The notes: generated from the letters alone by a model not told the origin. DNA of 64,000 bases from a virus (IMGVR_UViG_3300031760_000008:12337-76336); one strand, 5' to 3'; counted from the stretch's first letter, positions 1-9,709 are shown. Program-made: numbers and translations.

Positions 1-74
1 ACTACTACATACTTTCTTGAATCGTCATAATATCCATAGCTTAAAATGTCGTCTTTCTTAATCATATCACTCAT
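1..74 (-). CDS. hypothetical protein, 5' end only (continues beyond window start)
   Basis: Minus-strand ATG at 74 (MSDMIKKDDILSYGYYDDSRKYVV..) open to window edge; conserved promoter-like motif at 104-118 about 34 nt upstream. Confidence 0.35.
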   Translation of the reverse strand, partial: MSDMIKKDDILSYGYYDDSRKYVV

Positions 75-103
75 AATTTTCTACCTCCAACAAAAACTTA
101 TTT

Positions 104-118
104 CTAATAATATTTTAC
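104..118 (-). promoter_or_regulatory. conserved late-promoter-like motif copy (plus-strand ctaataatattttac)
   Basis: Member of 17+ copy family; 34 nt upstream of ATG at 74. Confidence 0.4.
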
Positions 119-177
119 TATAAAAAATAAAACTATATTTCACAATATAGTTTTATTTTCATATACATTTTTATAGA

Positions 178-855
178 TTACCATACTTGATTATGATATT
201 GATTATGGGTTCCTTTATTAATAGCTGTAATATGATTAATATTTTCAACTTCAGCAAATCCAACTTTATCTTTATTACTAACTTCGTATCTTGTACTATC
301 ATAAGGAAATTTAGTATGATATTCATATGAATGAACTTGAATTCCATCTATTGTTTGAATAATTTCAGCAGGCACAAGTTCAAGACCACATCCCGCAGGT
401 CTGACTACTTCTATAAGATCTCTAACTTTAGATAAATTAGCTGGGAAATAAATATATATTTTAACTTTATTTCCATCTCTTTGATATTCAATATTAAACA
501 TTGACAAAGCTTCAATTTTATCTATTTCACCTAAAGCATTAACAGATAAAGCTGTAGCAAGTCTCATACCTAGTTTAGATCCTCTATTCCTAATCATATC
601 AGGATAATGTTTAATTATAATTCTATTAGAATCATATGATTCTGAATAATCATATTTATATCCTACATATGAAGCAAGTAAAGGTAATAAATGATTTGGA
701 CAAGAATCAAAATCAATTAAACTTATCCAATAATCAGCATTTGTTTTAAAATGATTTATTAATAAATCAAATAATTTACAATATGCCTGTACATCTCTAC
801 TTTGTCTCATAATATAAGGTATAAATGTTTTACTTTCTAATACATTAGTTGACAT
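178..855 (-). CDS. hypothetical late protein (225 aa), follows C1 peptidase gene
   Basis: Long ORF, tightly packed with upstream gene (11 nt gap); no motif I can name. Confidence 0.45.
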   Translation of the reverse strand: MSTNVLESKTFIPYIMRQSRDVQAYCKLFDLLINHFKTNADYWISLIDFDSCPNHLLPLLASYVGYKYDYSESYDSNRIIIKHYPDMIRNRGSKLGMRLATALSVNALGEIDKIEALSMFNIEYQRDGNKVKIYIYFPANLSKVRDLIEVVRPAGCGLELVPAEIIQTIDGIQVHSYEYHTKFPYDSTRYEVSNKDKVGFAEVENINHITAINKGTHNQYHNQVW

Positions 856-866
856 TTATTTCTACC

Positions 867-1634
867 TCATTTCTTAAATCTACGTAATAACATATTTATA
901 AATCTTAATATTTTTTGCCATATAGTTTGATAAGTATCTATTGTATTTTCTTTTGTTGAAATAGCCCAAGCTGAATCAATAGGATAATCATAAGGAAGTA
1001 TAGCTTGACCTTTATCTCCCCAATATTTACCCCAGCTATTTTGAATTATGTAACCATAGGGATTATAACCACAAATTATAATCATATGATATCCTTTTAA
1101 TTCACCTTCAGGTTCTTTAATAATATAATTTAAATCATAATCTAAATCATTATAAACTGGAATTGAAATAGGTACTGGAGTATTTTGAAGAAGACACTTT
1201 TTTATTTCTTCTTCAGTATAAATTCTAGCATATGATTCTATTTTATATTTTTCAGCAATTGGTTTTAATTTATCTATATTCTCATCAACAATGTCTTTAA
1301 TTTCTTTCATTTCTTTATTGTGATCAAAATTATCTCTAGGAACATCTCCTATCTTTTGTAAAGTTTTTAATGCTTCTCTAGGATACATTCCTTGTTCTTG
1401 ATTATATGTTATAGGTCTATATCCATATATAAATCCTGTAGACATTTTTTCATTATTAAATTTTTCTAAAAATGTAGCTAAAGAGTGAGCTACACAAGAA
1501 TTAACAATACCTTGATCTTTAACATCAGATATTGCTAATTCATATTTCTCAGGAAATTTTGGAGCAGAAACTATTTTTGATTTAAACTTATAATCCCTTT
1601 TATCTGGTATCTCTTTCTTACTTCCGTAATACAT
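867..1634 (-). CDS. papain-like (C1A) cysteine peptidase, candidate lytic peptidase
   Basis: Catalytic signatures with papain spacing: 'QGIVNSCVAHS' (Gln19/Cys25 box), 'GYHMIIICGY' (His159 box), 'NSWGKYWGDKG' (Asn175-Ser-Trp box). Confidence 0.75.
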   Translation of the reverse strand: MYYGSKKEIPDKRDYKFKSKIVSAPKFPEKYELAISDVKDQGIVNSCVAHSLATFLEKFNNEKMSTGFIYGYRPITYNQEQGMYPREALKTLQKIGDVPRDNFDHNKEMKEIKDIVDENIDKLKPIAEKYKIESYARIYTEEEIKKCLLQNTPVPISIPVYNDLDYDLNYIIKEPEGELKGYHMIIICGYNPYGYIIQNSWGKYWGDKGQAILPYDYPIDSAWAISTKENTIDTYQTIWQKILRFINMLLRRFKK

Positions 1635-1657
1635 AAGACCACCTCCTTATATAAGCT

Positions 1658-2446
1658 TTAACTTATTGTTAGAATAGTTTCTATCTTAATTTTTTTATCA
1701 TGTAAACAATGCTCTACTTGTTCCATATTAACTAAGTTTTTATCTACAAATTCTATAACAATAAAGCCTACAATAGATCCTTCATTATTTTCTATAGCAA
1801 TTCCATATACAGCTTGAATATTTCTACTTAAAAAATATTCATACATTGTAGTATCTTTATCTTTTAATTCATTTATATCATCAATATAACATTTACCATC
1901 TTTTATTAAACTTTCACACCAGTATGATAAAAATGATCTAAATAAATTTTGAAAATCTGGCATTATACCAGCAAATCCAGGACCAGGACATTCATTAGTC
2001 ATAGACATTTTTAAAAAAGACAAGCCATTCATATCTCTTCCACCATTATGAAATCTAACTAATGCTACTCTAGCAGAATTAGTTTTTTGTTGAGTTCTTT
2101 TTAAACAAGCATTAATTTGAGCTTCTTTTTCTGATAACGTATTATTATCTTCTGCAGAAAGTGTATGACTTGTAACTCCATTTATAATATGTTTTGTTAA
2201 TTCTTGAAGTTGTTGTTGTAATAATTTTTGATTTTCTTGATTCTGTTCTATAACAGTTTTAAACATTTCATCACAACGTGCATCAGATTTATTACTATGT
2301 TTATTTGTAGTATCTATTAATTCTTTTTCTCTTTCAATAAATCTTCTTAAAGCTAAAATAGCAAATAGGACTAAAAATATCGCAGCTAATCCTAATACAC
2401 CAACTTCTAAATATGGTTTTATAAGGTCTAAAAATCCTACTTCCAC
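1658..2446 (-). CDS. membrane-anchored protein with coiled coil and C-terminal globular domain
   Basis: N-terminal hydrophobic helix (VGVLGLAAIFLVLFAILAL), QQQLQEL coiled segment, start overlaps stop of upstream gene. Confidence 0.5.
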   Translation of the reverse strand: MEVGFLDLIKPYLEVGVLGLAAIFLVLFAILALRRFIEREKELIDTTNKHSNKSDARCDEMFKTVIEQNQENQKLLQQQLQELTKHIINGVTSHTLSAEDNNTLSEKEAQINACLKRTQQKTNSARVALVRFHNGGRDMNGLSFLKMSMTNECPGPGFAGIMPDFQNLFRSFLSYWCESLIKDGKCYIDDINELKDKDTTMYEYFLSRNIQAVYGIAIENNEGSIVGFIVIEFVDKNLVNMEQVEHCLHDKKIKIETILTIS

Positions 2447-2685
2447 TACTCCACCTCCTGTTGTTCTTTTAATTCATTTAATTCAAGTTCTATATTTAAT
2501 AATCTTCCTTCAATTTTTTCAATTCTTTCTACATCTCTTTGAACAACCATATTCTGTTTCAATAATGTATATGAGCTGAATAATAGGTTAGATAACAGTA
2601 ATAAACCAGCAATAGTTCCTACTAAAAATATAAAACCATCAGATTGAATAAATTTTCTTAATCTTTCTTTTACCATACTAACCAC
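2446..2685 (-). CDS. small membrane protein, holin-like candidate
   Basis: 79 aa, one TM helix (FIFLVGTIAGLLLLSNLLF) followed by charged coiled-coil tail; promoter-like motif 2701-2711 just upstream. Confidence 0.45.
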   Translation of the reverse strand: MVSMVKERLRKFIQSDGFIFLVGTIAGLLLLSNLLFSSYTLLKQNMVVQRDVERIEKIEGRLLNIELELNELKEQQEVE

Positions 2686-2700
2686 CTCTTAGTCTTTCAA

Positions 2701-2711
2701 TAATATTTTAC
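2701..2711 (-). promoter_or_regulatory. conserved promoter-like motif copy
   Basis: taatattttac; 16 nt upstream of ATG 2685. Confidence 0.35.
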
Positions 2712-2770
2712 ATAGAAAAAGAGATAGAAATTTTCTATACGCTCTTTCTACCTCTTTTAATTTAATCTTA

Positions 2771-3055
2771 TTATACATTTTCACCATTTATATTTTGTAT
2801 TTGACTAGCAACTCCAGCCAATTCAGCTTCAATATTTGTAACTCTATTTGTTAAATTACTAATATTAGTATTGCTTGCATTTATAGAATTATTAATATTA
2901 CTAATATTTTGAGTATGGGTATTAACTGTATTCATTGTATTAACTAAATTAGAGACTGGAATATTAGTTGCTTCTAAAACATGACTATTATTTAAAGTCA
3001 TAATATTTCCAATATTTTGATTTTGTAATTGGATATCTTTATAAAAAGTTGCCAT
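2771..3055 (-). CDS. Asn-rich coiled-coil small protein
   Basis: 94 aa ORF, low-complexity N/T/S-rich heptad-like sequence, RBS aggaggtaa upstream. Confidence 0.4.
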   Translation of the reverse strand: MATFYKDIQLQNQNIGNIMTLNNSHVLEATNIPVSNLVNTMNTVNTHTQNISNINNSINASNTNISNLTNRVTNIEAELAGVASQIQNINGENV

Positions 3056-3068
3056 TTTAAATTACCTC

Positions 3069-5255
3069 CTATATCATATCTTCCATATAATCTTTTTCAA
3101 GTGATGAGCTATCATAATAAAAGTATTGTGTATTTAAATTTCTATATACTGCTATTGAAGTTTCATTATGTGTATAAGAAACTACAATATCACTAGTTAA
3201 TGGTGCTGTAAATTCCATTTCAACTAAACCTGTGATATAATCTATATGTCCTTTTCTAACTAAAACGTTATCACTATTATAAATATCACCGTTATTATTA
3301 TCTCTTAAAGTAGTTTGTCCATTGTTAATTCTTATTATAGCAGATCCTGGTAATATTGATGGATGTTCTAAATAAAAACTATATTTTAAATTAAGACTAG
3401 GATCAGGATCATCTAACATAGGAACTATTTGCTCATATAAACCTGTTAGTTGTTCTTTAGTAATTTCTTCTCCTTCATAATTTACATATTCAATAGGTTC
3501 TAGATCTACCATTAATATTCTACTATCTACATCAAGAATTGTTTCAATAACTTCTTTATAATTTATTAATGTATTGAAATTAACTTTCTCTAAAGAATAT
3601 TTATATCTCAAATTATTATTTATAGTTACTATTATATTTTGTAGTTCATCTCTTGATAAAGGAACTTTTGTAAAGAATGTTCCTCTTACTGTCCAAAAAT
3701 ATTTTTTAATTGATTCAAGATCCACAATAATTGATAAAGGTAATATTTTATAGTCATCTAAAGCTGTTATAATAGCATTAGAAAATGTTTCTATATCTTC
3801 ATCTTGTGCTACTTCAGATCTTAATATATATAATTTAACTACGAAACTATCCAAAGTTTCTATTTGACTTACTTTTTGCACACCAATGAATCCTGAGTGC
3901 TCATAATCACCATTGAAATATGCAGTGAAACAATCTAAATCATCTTCATCAACTCTACCATCTTGATTTGCATCTGCAAGTTGTTGTTGATATTCTGTTA
4001 AAGGATGAGCTTTTCTATCTTGAATAAATAATGCTACTGCATTCATATCATTTTCATCTATTATTTCACTATATACTACTTGACCATCAACTGGTTTAGA
4101 TGTTCTATCCATATTAACATTACCAATTGTCCAAGATACTTCCATACCAGGATCATTTGTTAAGTCTGTTGCTCTAACATTTGCTACTCCCCATTCTCTT
4201 AATGTAGCTCTTTCAAAATCAGCAAGTGTGATAAGAGTATCCATTGTATTTAAAAACTTAACTGAATTTTTTCTAGCTTCATCAGGAGTTTCTGGATCAT
4301 ATCCTTCTGAACTATCATAATTAGTAAAATGAATAAATCCACTAACATTATATACTGTATTTATATTAGATCCATCTCTGGCCCATATATTTCCAGTAAC
4401 TTTCTTTATAGTATTTTCATATATTTGGCCACTTTGACCTTTAGATAATAAATAAAATAATTTAAATCTATTTACATTAAAATTATTCCAATAATCTACT
4501 AATTCAATATAAGGTCTATCATTAACATCTACACCGAATTCAAATAATCTACCTACATTAGATGTTAAATAAATATTATCTCTTAATTCCCATACTTCAT
4601 TTTGATCGTCAATAAGAATAATATGATCTTGATCTACATTATCATCAGGTAAATAAATCCTATTATTTATTACATCATCAGCTGTATAATTGTATCCGTA
4701 AATTGAATGCCAAGGTCTTCCAGCTTCTGGATATGGATTAGCTGAAGTTCTAACAGGTGTTACAGGAATACCTTGAGTTAGAGTAACAACTGTTTCTAAT
4801 CCGTTATTATACATATTAGAGGGTAATTCATATGCTTTAGTTATATTACAATAAACGGTTTCATTATCCTCAGTTGCAAAAGTACAAAACATTGGTAATG
4901 TAGCAGCTTGAGTATAAGTATTAATAACATTAACTTGTACTTCAGCTGATTTGTACCATCTCATTTTATATCCAATTAATCTATAAATAGCTGCTGCATT
5001 TTTTCTTTGAGTAACAGAATCAGGATATACTTCTAAAGACTGCATATCTTGAGTATAAAATAACATATCACCTACAATAGCCATCAATTTAACTAATATC
5101 ATACCAGGATCATTTGTATCAGTACTTACCCATTTTTGAGTTATACCAGGTATAGAATTTATTAAATCGTCTAAAATATTGACATAATCTTTATCTGTAT
5201 AATCAATTCTTACAGCACTATAATCTTTCTTTTGAACTTGATTTATACTTGCCAT
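3069..5255 (-). CDS. baseplate J-like (gp6/gpJ family) protein with an internal dockerin-like Ca-binding repeat
   Basis: N-terminal 'DPGMILVKLMAIVGDMLFY..SVTQRKNAAAIYRLIGY' resembles baseplate J family; 'ADANQDGRVDEDDLDCFTAYFNG' matches the dockerin/EF-hand consensus; position after gp25-like gene. Confidence 0.65.
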   Translation of the reverse strand: MASINQVQKKDYSAVRIDYTDKDYVNILDDLINSIPGITQKWVSTDTNDPGMILVKLMAIVGDMLFYTQDMQSLEVYPDSVTQRKNAAAIYRLIGYKMRWYKSAEVQVNVINTYTQAATLPMFCTFATEDNETVYCNITKAYELPSNMYNNGLETVVTLTQGIPVTPVRTSANPYPEAGRPWHSIYGYNYTADDVINNRIYLPDDNVDQDHIILIDDQNEVWELRDNIYLTSNVGRLFEFGVDVNDRPYIELVDYWNNFNVNRFKLFYLLSKGQSGQIYENTIKKVTGNIWARDGSNINTVYNVSGFIHFTNYDSSEGYDPETPDEARKNSVKFLNTMDTLITLADFERATLREWGVANVRATDLTNDPGMEVSWTIGNVNMDRTSKPVDGQVVYSEIIDENDMNAVALFIQDRKAHPLTEYQQQLADANQDGRVDEDDLDCFTAYFNGDYEHSGFIGVQKVSQIETLDSFVVKLYILRSEVAQDEDIETFSNAIITALDDYKILPLSIIVDLESIKKYFWTVRGTFFTKVPLSRDELQNIIVTINNNLRYKYSLEKVNFNTLINYKEVIETILDVDSRILMVDLEPIEYVNYEGEEITKEQLTGLYEQIVPMLDDPDPSLNLKYSFYLEHPSILPGSAIIRINNGQTTLRDNNNGDIYNSDNVLVRKGHIDYITGLVEMEFTAPLTSDIVVSYTHNETSIAVYRNLNTQYFYYDSSSLEKDYMEDMI

Positions 5256-5282
5256 AAAACTCTACCTTTCTTTAATATCTAT

Positions 5283-5293
5283 TAATATTTTAC
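5283..5293 (-). promoter_or_regulatory. conserved promoter-like motif copy
   Basis: 28 nt upstream of ATG 5255 (baseplate J-like gene). Confidence 0.4.
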
Positions 5294-5295
5294 AT

Positions 5296-5697
5296 CTATT
5301 CAGAATATGGTTTATCTGGATTATCTTCAGAAGTTATTTCTAAATTATATTGATTTATTTGACCAGTTTCTTTAATTTCATACATTATATAAATATTAAC
5401 AATTTGATCTTCGAATTTAATTATAATGTCATCTCCTCTAACTATTATTCTAGGTTCATATTTATCAATAGCTTGCATTATATCTTCTTTTAACAAAGGT
5501 TCAATTATTACTCCATTATATCTAAATATTCTATCTAAAAGGAAACAACCATATTCAGGATCTCCTAATAATTCTCCTGGTCGAGTTCTTAATAATAACC
5601 CTAAACATTCATTTATAGATTTTGTATTTTGAGAAAATTTTACATCTCTAGATGTTCTATCTACTATTTGTGGAAATGAAAAAGTGGATTGTCTCAT
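5296..5697 (-). CDS. baseplate wedge protein, gp25/GPW family
   Basis: 133 aa; 'LLLRTRPGELLGDPEYGCFLLDRIF' matches gp25/W signature; adjacent to baseplate J-like gene. Confidence 0.75.
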   Translation of the reverse strand: MRQSTFSFPQIVDRTSRDVKFSQNTKSINECLGLLLRTRPGELLGDPEYGCFLLDRIFRYNGVIIEPLLKEDIMQAIDKYEPRIIVRGDDIIIKFEDQIVNIYIMYEIKETGQINQYNLEITSEDNPDKPYSE

Positions 5698-5711
5698 ATT
5701 TTTCCTCCTTA

Positions 5712-7709
5712 TTATAATATTCTTCTAGCTCCCCAATATTTTTTAACATAATAATCTTCAGATAATGAAGAAATTTTAACAACATCCCCTGTACGAGGTG
5801 CATGTATAAAATTACCATCACCTACATAGATACCAACGTGTCCAGTAAAGTGAACCAAATCACCTTTCTGTAAATGATTTTTATCAACACCTGTACCATC
5901 AGTTCTTTGACCATCTGATACTCTATGAAGTTTATATCCAAAATGCTTATAAACATAATAGGTTAATCCAGAGCAATCAAAAGTGTTAGGACCTGTAGCA
6001 CCCCAAACATATTTACAGCCTAAAAATGTTTTAGCATAGTTTACAATATCATCACCTGTAGTCTGTCCAGATGTTTTTCTAACAGTATTAGTAACTATTC
6101 CTTGTACCTTCTTACCAAAATATGGTAAAGGATCTATTCTTGTAGATAAACTTGAAGGACTAGGCCATACAGCCCCTAAATGTAATCCTATATGTAAGTG
6201 AGTTCCTGTAGAATTACCAGTTGATCCCATATATCCTAAAGTATCTCCGGCCTTTACTTTATCTCCAACTTTATATGTAGGTTCCTTACATAAATGCATA
6301 TAAACAAAATAATGATTAGGATTTTTATCCATTTTTATCGCAATACAATTTCCTTGACCAGGACCAGCACCTGTTAGTCCTCTTACAACTCCTCCACCGT
6401 TGACATGAGCTACAGTACCATTACCTACAGCAATGACTGCACATCCTTCTTTACCAGAAATATCTAATCCTTTATGAGCTCCACCACCTGAATATCCTTG
6501 ATAATTATTAGGACTGTTATATTTAAAAGAATAAGGTAAAGCCTTTCTATTTTCTCCCCAGAAACAGCTAATATAATCTGTTGAAGGAACAGGCCAGAAA
6601 TATTCACCATATTCTGGAATATGTTTTAAACCTTCTAATATAGTTAAATCTATAAAGGTTAAAGCACTTAATTTACCTTGTTTTTCTATTTCAACTAAAT
6701 AATCATATGTAGTTTTTCTTCTTGAACTATATGCGGAAGTTCTACGTTTCCAATAATCATAATATTCTTTCAGTTGAGTCATAATATCTTTTCCGTTTTT
6801 ACTAATCTTAGCTGCTTCTGTTAAACATCCTGTTATAACTCCATTAACTCCATTACCATATTGATTCATAATATCCATACAGAATATTAAAATACCTGGA
6901 TTAGTAATACCATATGGCTCATCCATTAATTGATCTAAAGACACTTTAGTTTCTTGTTTTGCAAAAGATATTTGAGTTTCTTTTCCTTTTGCAGATACTA
7001 GCATTTTATGAGCTCCTGAAGTTATAGCTTGATTATAAACAGTTATATCCCAATTATTTCTTTTTGGAGAAGAACTTCCATTTTTTAAAGATGCTTGTAA
7101 ATCAGAAACAATGTTCAAAGATTGATCAGTCCAATTAGATAACCAATTAGAGTCAGCTGCTGCAATTTGATATAAAACATCAAAAGCTCTACAACCATGC
7201 CATTGTATTATTCCAATAGACCAAGCTCCTTTATCATTTGAAGTAACATTTCCAAATTGACCTTCAGTAATACCATTAGGCCAATTATTTCTATTAAGAC
7301 CTACCTCGTTTTCTACTATAATAGGCATTGCTAAATCTAATATAGCATCAGTACTTATTCCATACTCTCCATCAAAGCCTCCTATTCCAGCTGCTTCTGC
7401 ATTTTTTCCTAAAATTATAAAAGAATTATTAGAATTCTCAATGTAACTACCATATATAGGATCTCCTACTACTAAACCAGATACAAGAGATACAGCCCAT
7501 GGTAAAGAATAAAAAAGAGGACTTGATTTTTTAGACGAAGAATCTAATTTTCTATACTCTTCTACATTTGATTCAATTAAACCATAATGTACTTCAGGAA
7601 TATATATTTGATATCTATTTAATCCTTCTGGATCATCTGTAAGGCTATCATTAACTACATAACCTTTATATATACTATTATAATAACTATCTCTATTAAT
7701 TATATCCAT
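5712..7709 (-). CDS. tail-associated peptidoglycan hydrolase with M23 peptidase and NlpC/P60 domains
   Basis: 'HKGLDISGKEG..GSTGNSTGTHLHIGLH' = M23/LytM motifs; C-terminal 'FDCSGLTYYVY...GDLVHFTGHVGIYVG..FIHAP' = NlpC/P60 Cys-His-His; N-terminal 'IIQWHGCRAFD' possible glycosidase-like domain. Confidence 0.8.
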   Translation of the reverse strand: MDIINRDSYYNSIYKGYVVNDSLTDDPEGLNRYQIYIPEVHYGLIESNVEEYRKLDSSSKKSSPLFYSLPWAVSLVSGLVVGDPIYGSYIENSNNSFIILGKNAEAAGIGGFDGEYGISTDAILDLAMPIIVENEVGLNRNNWPNGITEGQFGNVTSNDKGAWSIGIIQWHGCRAFDVLYQIAAADSNWLSNWTDQSLNIVSDLQASLKNGSSSPKRNNWDITVYNQAITSGAHKMLVSAKGKETQISFAKQETKVSLDQLMDEPYGITNPGILIFCMDIMNQYGNGVNGVITGCLTEAAKISKNGKDIMTQLKEYYDYWKRRTSAYSSRRKTTYDYLVEIEKQGKLSALTFIDLTILEGLKHIPEYGEYFWPVPSTDYISCFWGENRKALPYSFKYNSPNNYQGYSGGGAHKGLDISGKEGCAVIAVGNGTVAHVNGGGVVRGLTGAGPGQGNCIAIKMDKNPNHYFVYMHLCKEPTYKVGDKVKAGDTLGYMGSTGNSTGTHLHIGLHLGAVWPSPSSLSTRIDPLPYFGKKVQGIVTNTVRKTSGQTTGDDIVNYAKTFLGCKYVWGATGPNTFDCSGLTYYVYKHFGYKLHRVSDGQRTDGTGVDKNHLQKGDLVHFTGHVGIYVGDGNFIHAPRTGDVVKISSLSEDYYVKKYWGARRIL

Positions 7710-7728
7710 ATATTATTTCCCTTCTTTA

Positions 7729-9306
7729 TTATCCTAATGACATTCCTGGTATATAAGATGATGGTCTAGAACTAGCAGGTTCTTTATCCCATTCAACTTT
7801 AGATATAGATATAGATGATTGACTAATTACATTACTTTCATTAGTATCATTAGTTTTATTTGTTTCAGTTGTTAAATCAATAGTATCTTTTCCTGTTGAT
7901 TTTTCTTGAGCTTTAGCATTTGATACAGGAGCTGCTCCTATATCTCTTATACGTAATAACTTTATCTCTGAAACAAATGTACCATTAGATGCAATTCTAT
8001 CTGTACATCCTTGTAACATATAAATTCCTGCGGTTCTACTATCTGACTCTAAAATTCTAGGTTTAATTGTAAATTCTGCACATAATGGTACATCAGCTGG
8101 AATACCTATAGTTGTTAACACTGCATCATACATTTCATATACATCAGCATTTCTAAGATAGTTATTTTTAACAGCATTTAAAAATTCCTCAGAAGCATTA
8201 TCTCCAGCTGCTTTTTTAATTTCAGAAGCTCTCTTATTAGCAGCTTTTTGTATTAAATATAATCTTAAATCTACTTGAGGATTCCACTTAACAACAATAT
8301 CAGGTATACCTTCTTTACCCCATTCAAAAACATGATTTATTTTAACATTATTAGCACTTGAATCAGCTGGACAAATATATGTTATATGTATTGTTTTATT
8401 ATCAGCCTCATCAGTAACATACATTAAATAATGAGGAACTTCTCTATAAGGCATATCTTCTTTATATTTTTGTTTATCCTCATCACTCTTAGACATATGA
8501 GACTCTAATAAATCTCTACAGTATATCCAAGGAGATTGACTAGATACTGCAGATGTAGTAATCTCAGGAGCATCTTTTCTTATATCATCATCAACTTCAA
8601 TTTTATAATTATAATCATTTGCATGATGAGTTAAATTACCCACTAGATGACTAGGTTGATTAGAACTAATGCCATAATAACTCCATAAAACAGATTCTAC
8701 TATATCAATTAAATTAATACCTTTTTCCTCACCTTCTCCTTTGAATTCAGGAATAGATGTTGAAAAGTCAGCATCGATAGCTAACATTGTAGTTCCTTCA
8801 AATGTATATTCAGAAATACCAGTAGACCAATCTATTTCAGATTCTGCATTGGTTAAGAAAAATTCATATTTTGGAGAAACTAATGTAGTATCATCTGGTA
8901 CATTATATCCATATTGAATAAATCCTCTTAGTCTTTTATTGGAATCATTCATGTCAACTCTCATTGCATGTGCTATTAATTCATCTAATAGTTCAACTTT
9001 ATCCTGAGTATTCTGACCATAATCAAAAGGATCATATTTTATTACTAGTTCAAAATCATTAACAGTTCCAGCTCCTTTTTTATTAAAAGTAAGTCCTGCT
9101 ATCATATTTTCCTTTTTATTATCAGAAGTAGAATCAAATGTAATAGGCTCAGTTTCACCTATTTGGAATCTAATCCATGTAGAATAAATAGGACCTTGCT
9201 TATTTAACATATTAATTATAGCTGTAATCATATTATCATATTTAGCAGCCATCTTTTTAGGAGTCGTGGTAGCTGATATATTTTTAAAATTTCTACTAGT
9301 TGCCAC
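7729..9306 (-). CDS. baseplate/tail structural protein (525 aa)
   Basis: Long ORF in baseplate module between LysM protein and tail lysin; overlaps upstream gene by 11 nt. Confidence 0.45.
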   Translation of the reverse strand: MATSRNFKNISATTTPKKMAAKYDNMITAIINMLNKQGPIYSTWIRFQIGETEPITFDSTSDNKKENMIAGLTFNKKGAGTVNDFELVIKYDPFDYGQNTQDKVELLDELIAHAMRVDMNDSNKRLRGFIQYGYNVPDDTTLVSPKYEFFLTNAESEIDWSTGISEYTFEGTTMLAIDADFSTSIPEFKGEGEEKGINLIDIVESVLWSYYGISSNQPSHLVGNLTHHANDYNYKIEVDDDIRKDAPEITTSAVSSQSPWIYCRDLLESHMSKSDEDKQKYKEDMPYREVPHYLMYVTDEADNKTIHITYICPADSSANNVKINHVFEWGKEGIPDIVVKWNPQVDLRLYLIQKAANKRASEIKKAAGDNASEEFLNAVKNNYLRNADVYEMYDAVLTTIGIPADVPLCAEFTIKPRILESDSRTAGIYMLQGCTDRIASNGTFVSEIKLLRIRDIGAAPVSNAKAQEKSTGKDTIDLTTETNKTNDTNESNVISQSSISISKVEWDKEPASSRPSSYIPGMSLG

Positions 9307-9709
9307 TTAATATACCTCCTTCATTATATAATGATAATATAGGAGGAATTCTTAAATAAGTACCAACCGGAACATCAAAAGGATCTATTATATAATTAGC
9401 TATTGCTATAATCCACCAATATTTAGGAGTTCCATAAAAACTATAAGCTATTAAATCTAATCTATCTTTTTCTGATTCAGTAACAGTATAATATTGATCT
9501 GAACTAGATTCATCTATAAATTTTTGAGTCCAATTTTCATGAAAATACACACCTTTATCTTTATCATATAATCTTCGTAATCTAGAATATCTACTATTAT
9601 TTTTATATTCTTTAGGTACATAATATTGTAGAGGTTCAAATACATCTCTTAATTCTTCTAGATAACTTGGTGAAACTTTATTAGTTCTTCTTACAGTATA
9701 TTTACTCAT
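9296..9709 (-). CDS. LysM-like tail protein (gpX/XkdP-like)
   Basis: 'DRLDLIAYSFYGTPKYWWIIAIANYI..DVPVGTYLRIP' resembles LysM fold; position after tape measure typical of myovirus protein X. Confidence 0.55.
   Translation of the reverse strand: MSKYTVRRTNKVSPSYLEELRDVFEPLQYYVPKEYKNNSRYSRLRRLYDKDKGVYFHENWTQKFIDESSSDQYYTVTESEKDRLDLIAYSFYGTPKYWWIIAIANYIIDPFDVPVGTYLRIPPILSLYNEGGILSGN

Noticed and set aside
2771-3055. XhlA-type haemolysin or holin assignment for the Asn-rich 94-aa protein
   Set aside because: No C-terminal transmembrane segment is present; similarity is compositional only.
5426-5632. Plus-strand ORFs embedded in minus-strand genes (5426..5632, 10853..11116, 18141..18374, 19558..19740, 21196..21408, 22945..23340, 25944..26126, 31252..31449, 35452..35658, 41979..42185, 50865..51095, 53599..53793, 54350..54565, 58227..58439, 61714..61917, 62259..62483)
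   Set aside because: All are antisense to long well-supported genes, lack RBS, and have low-complexity translations typical of AT-rich antisense frames.
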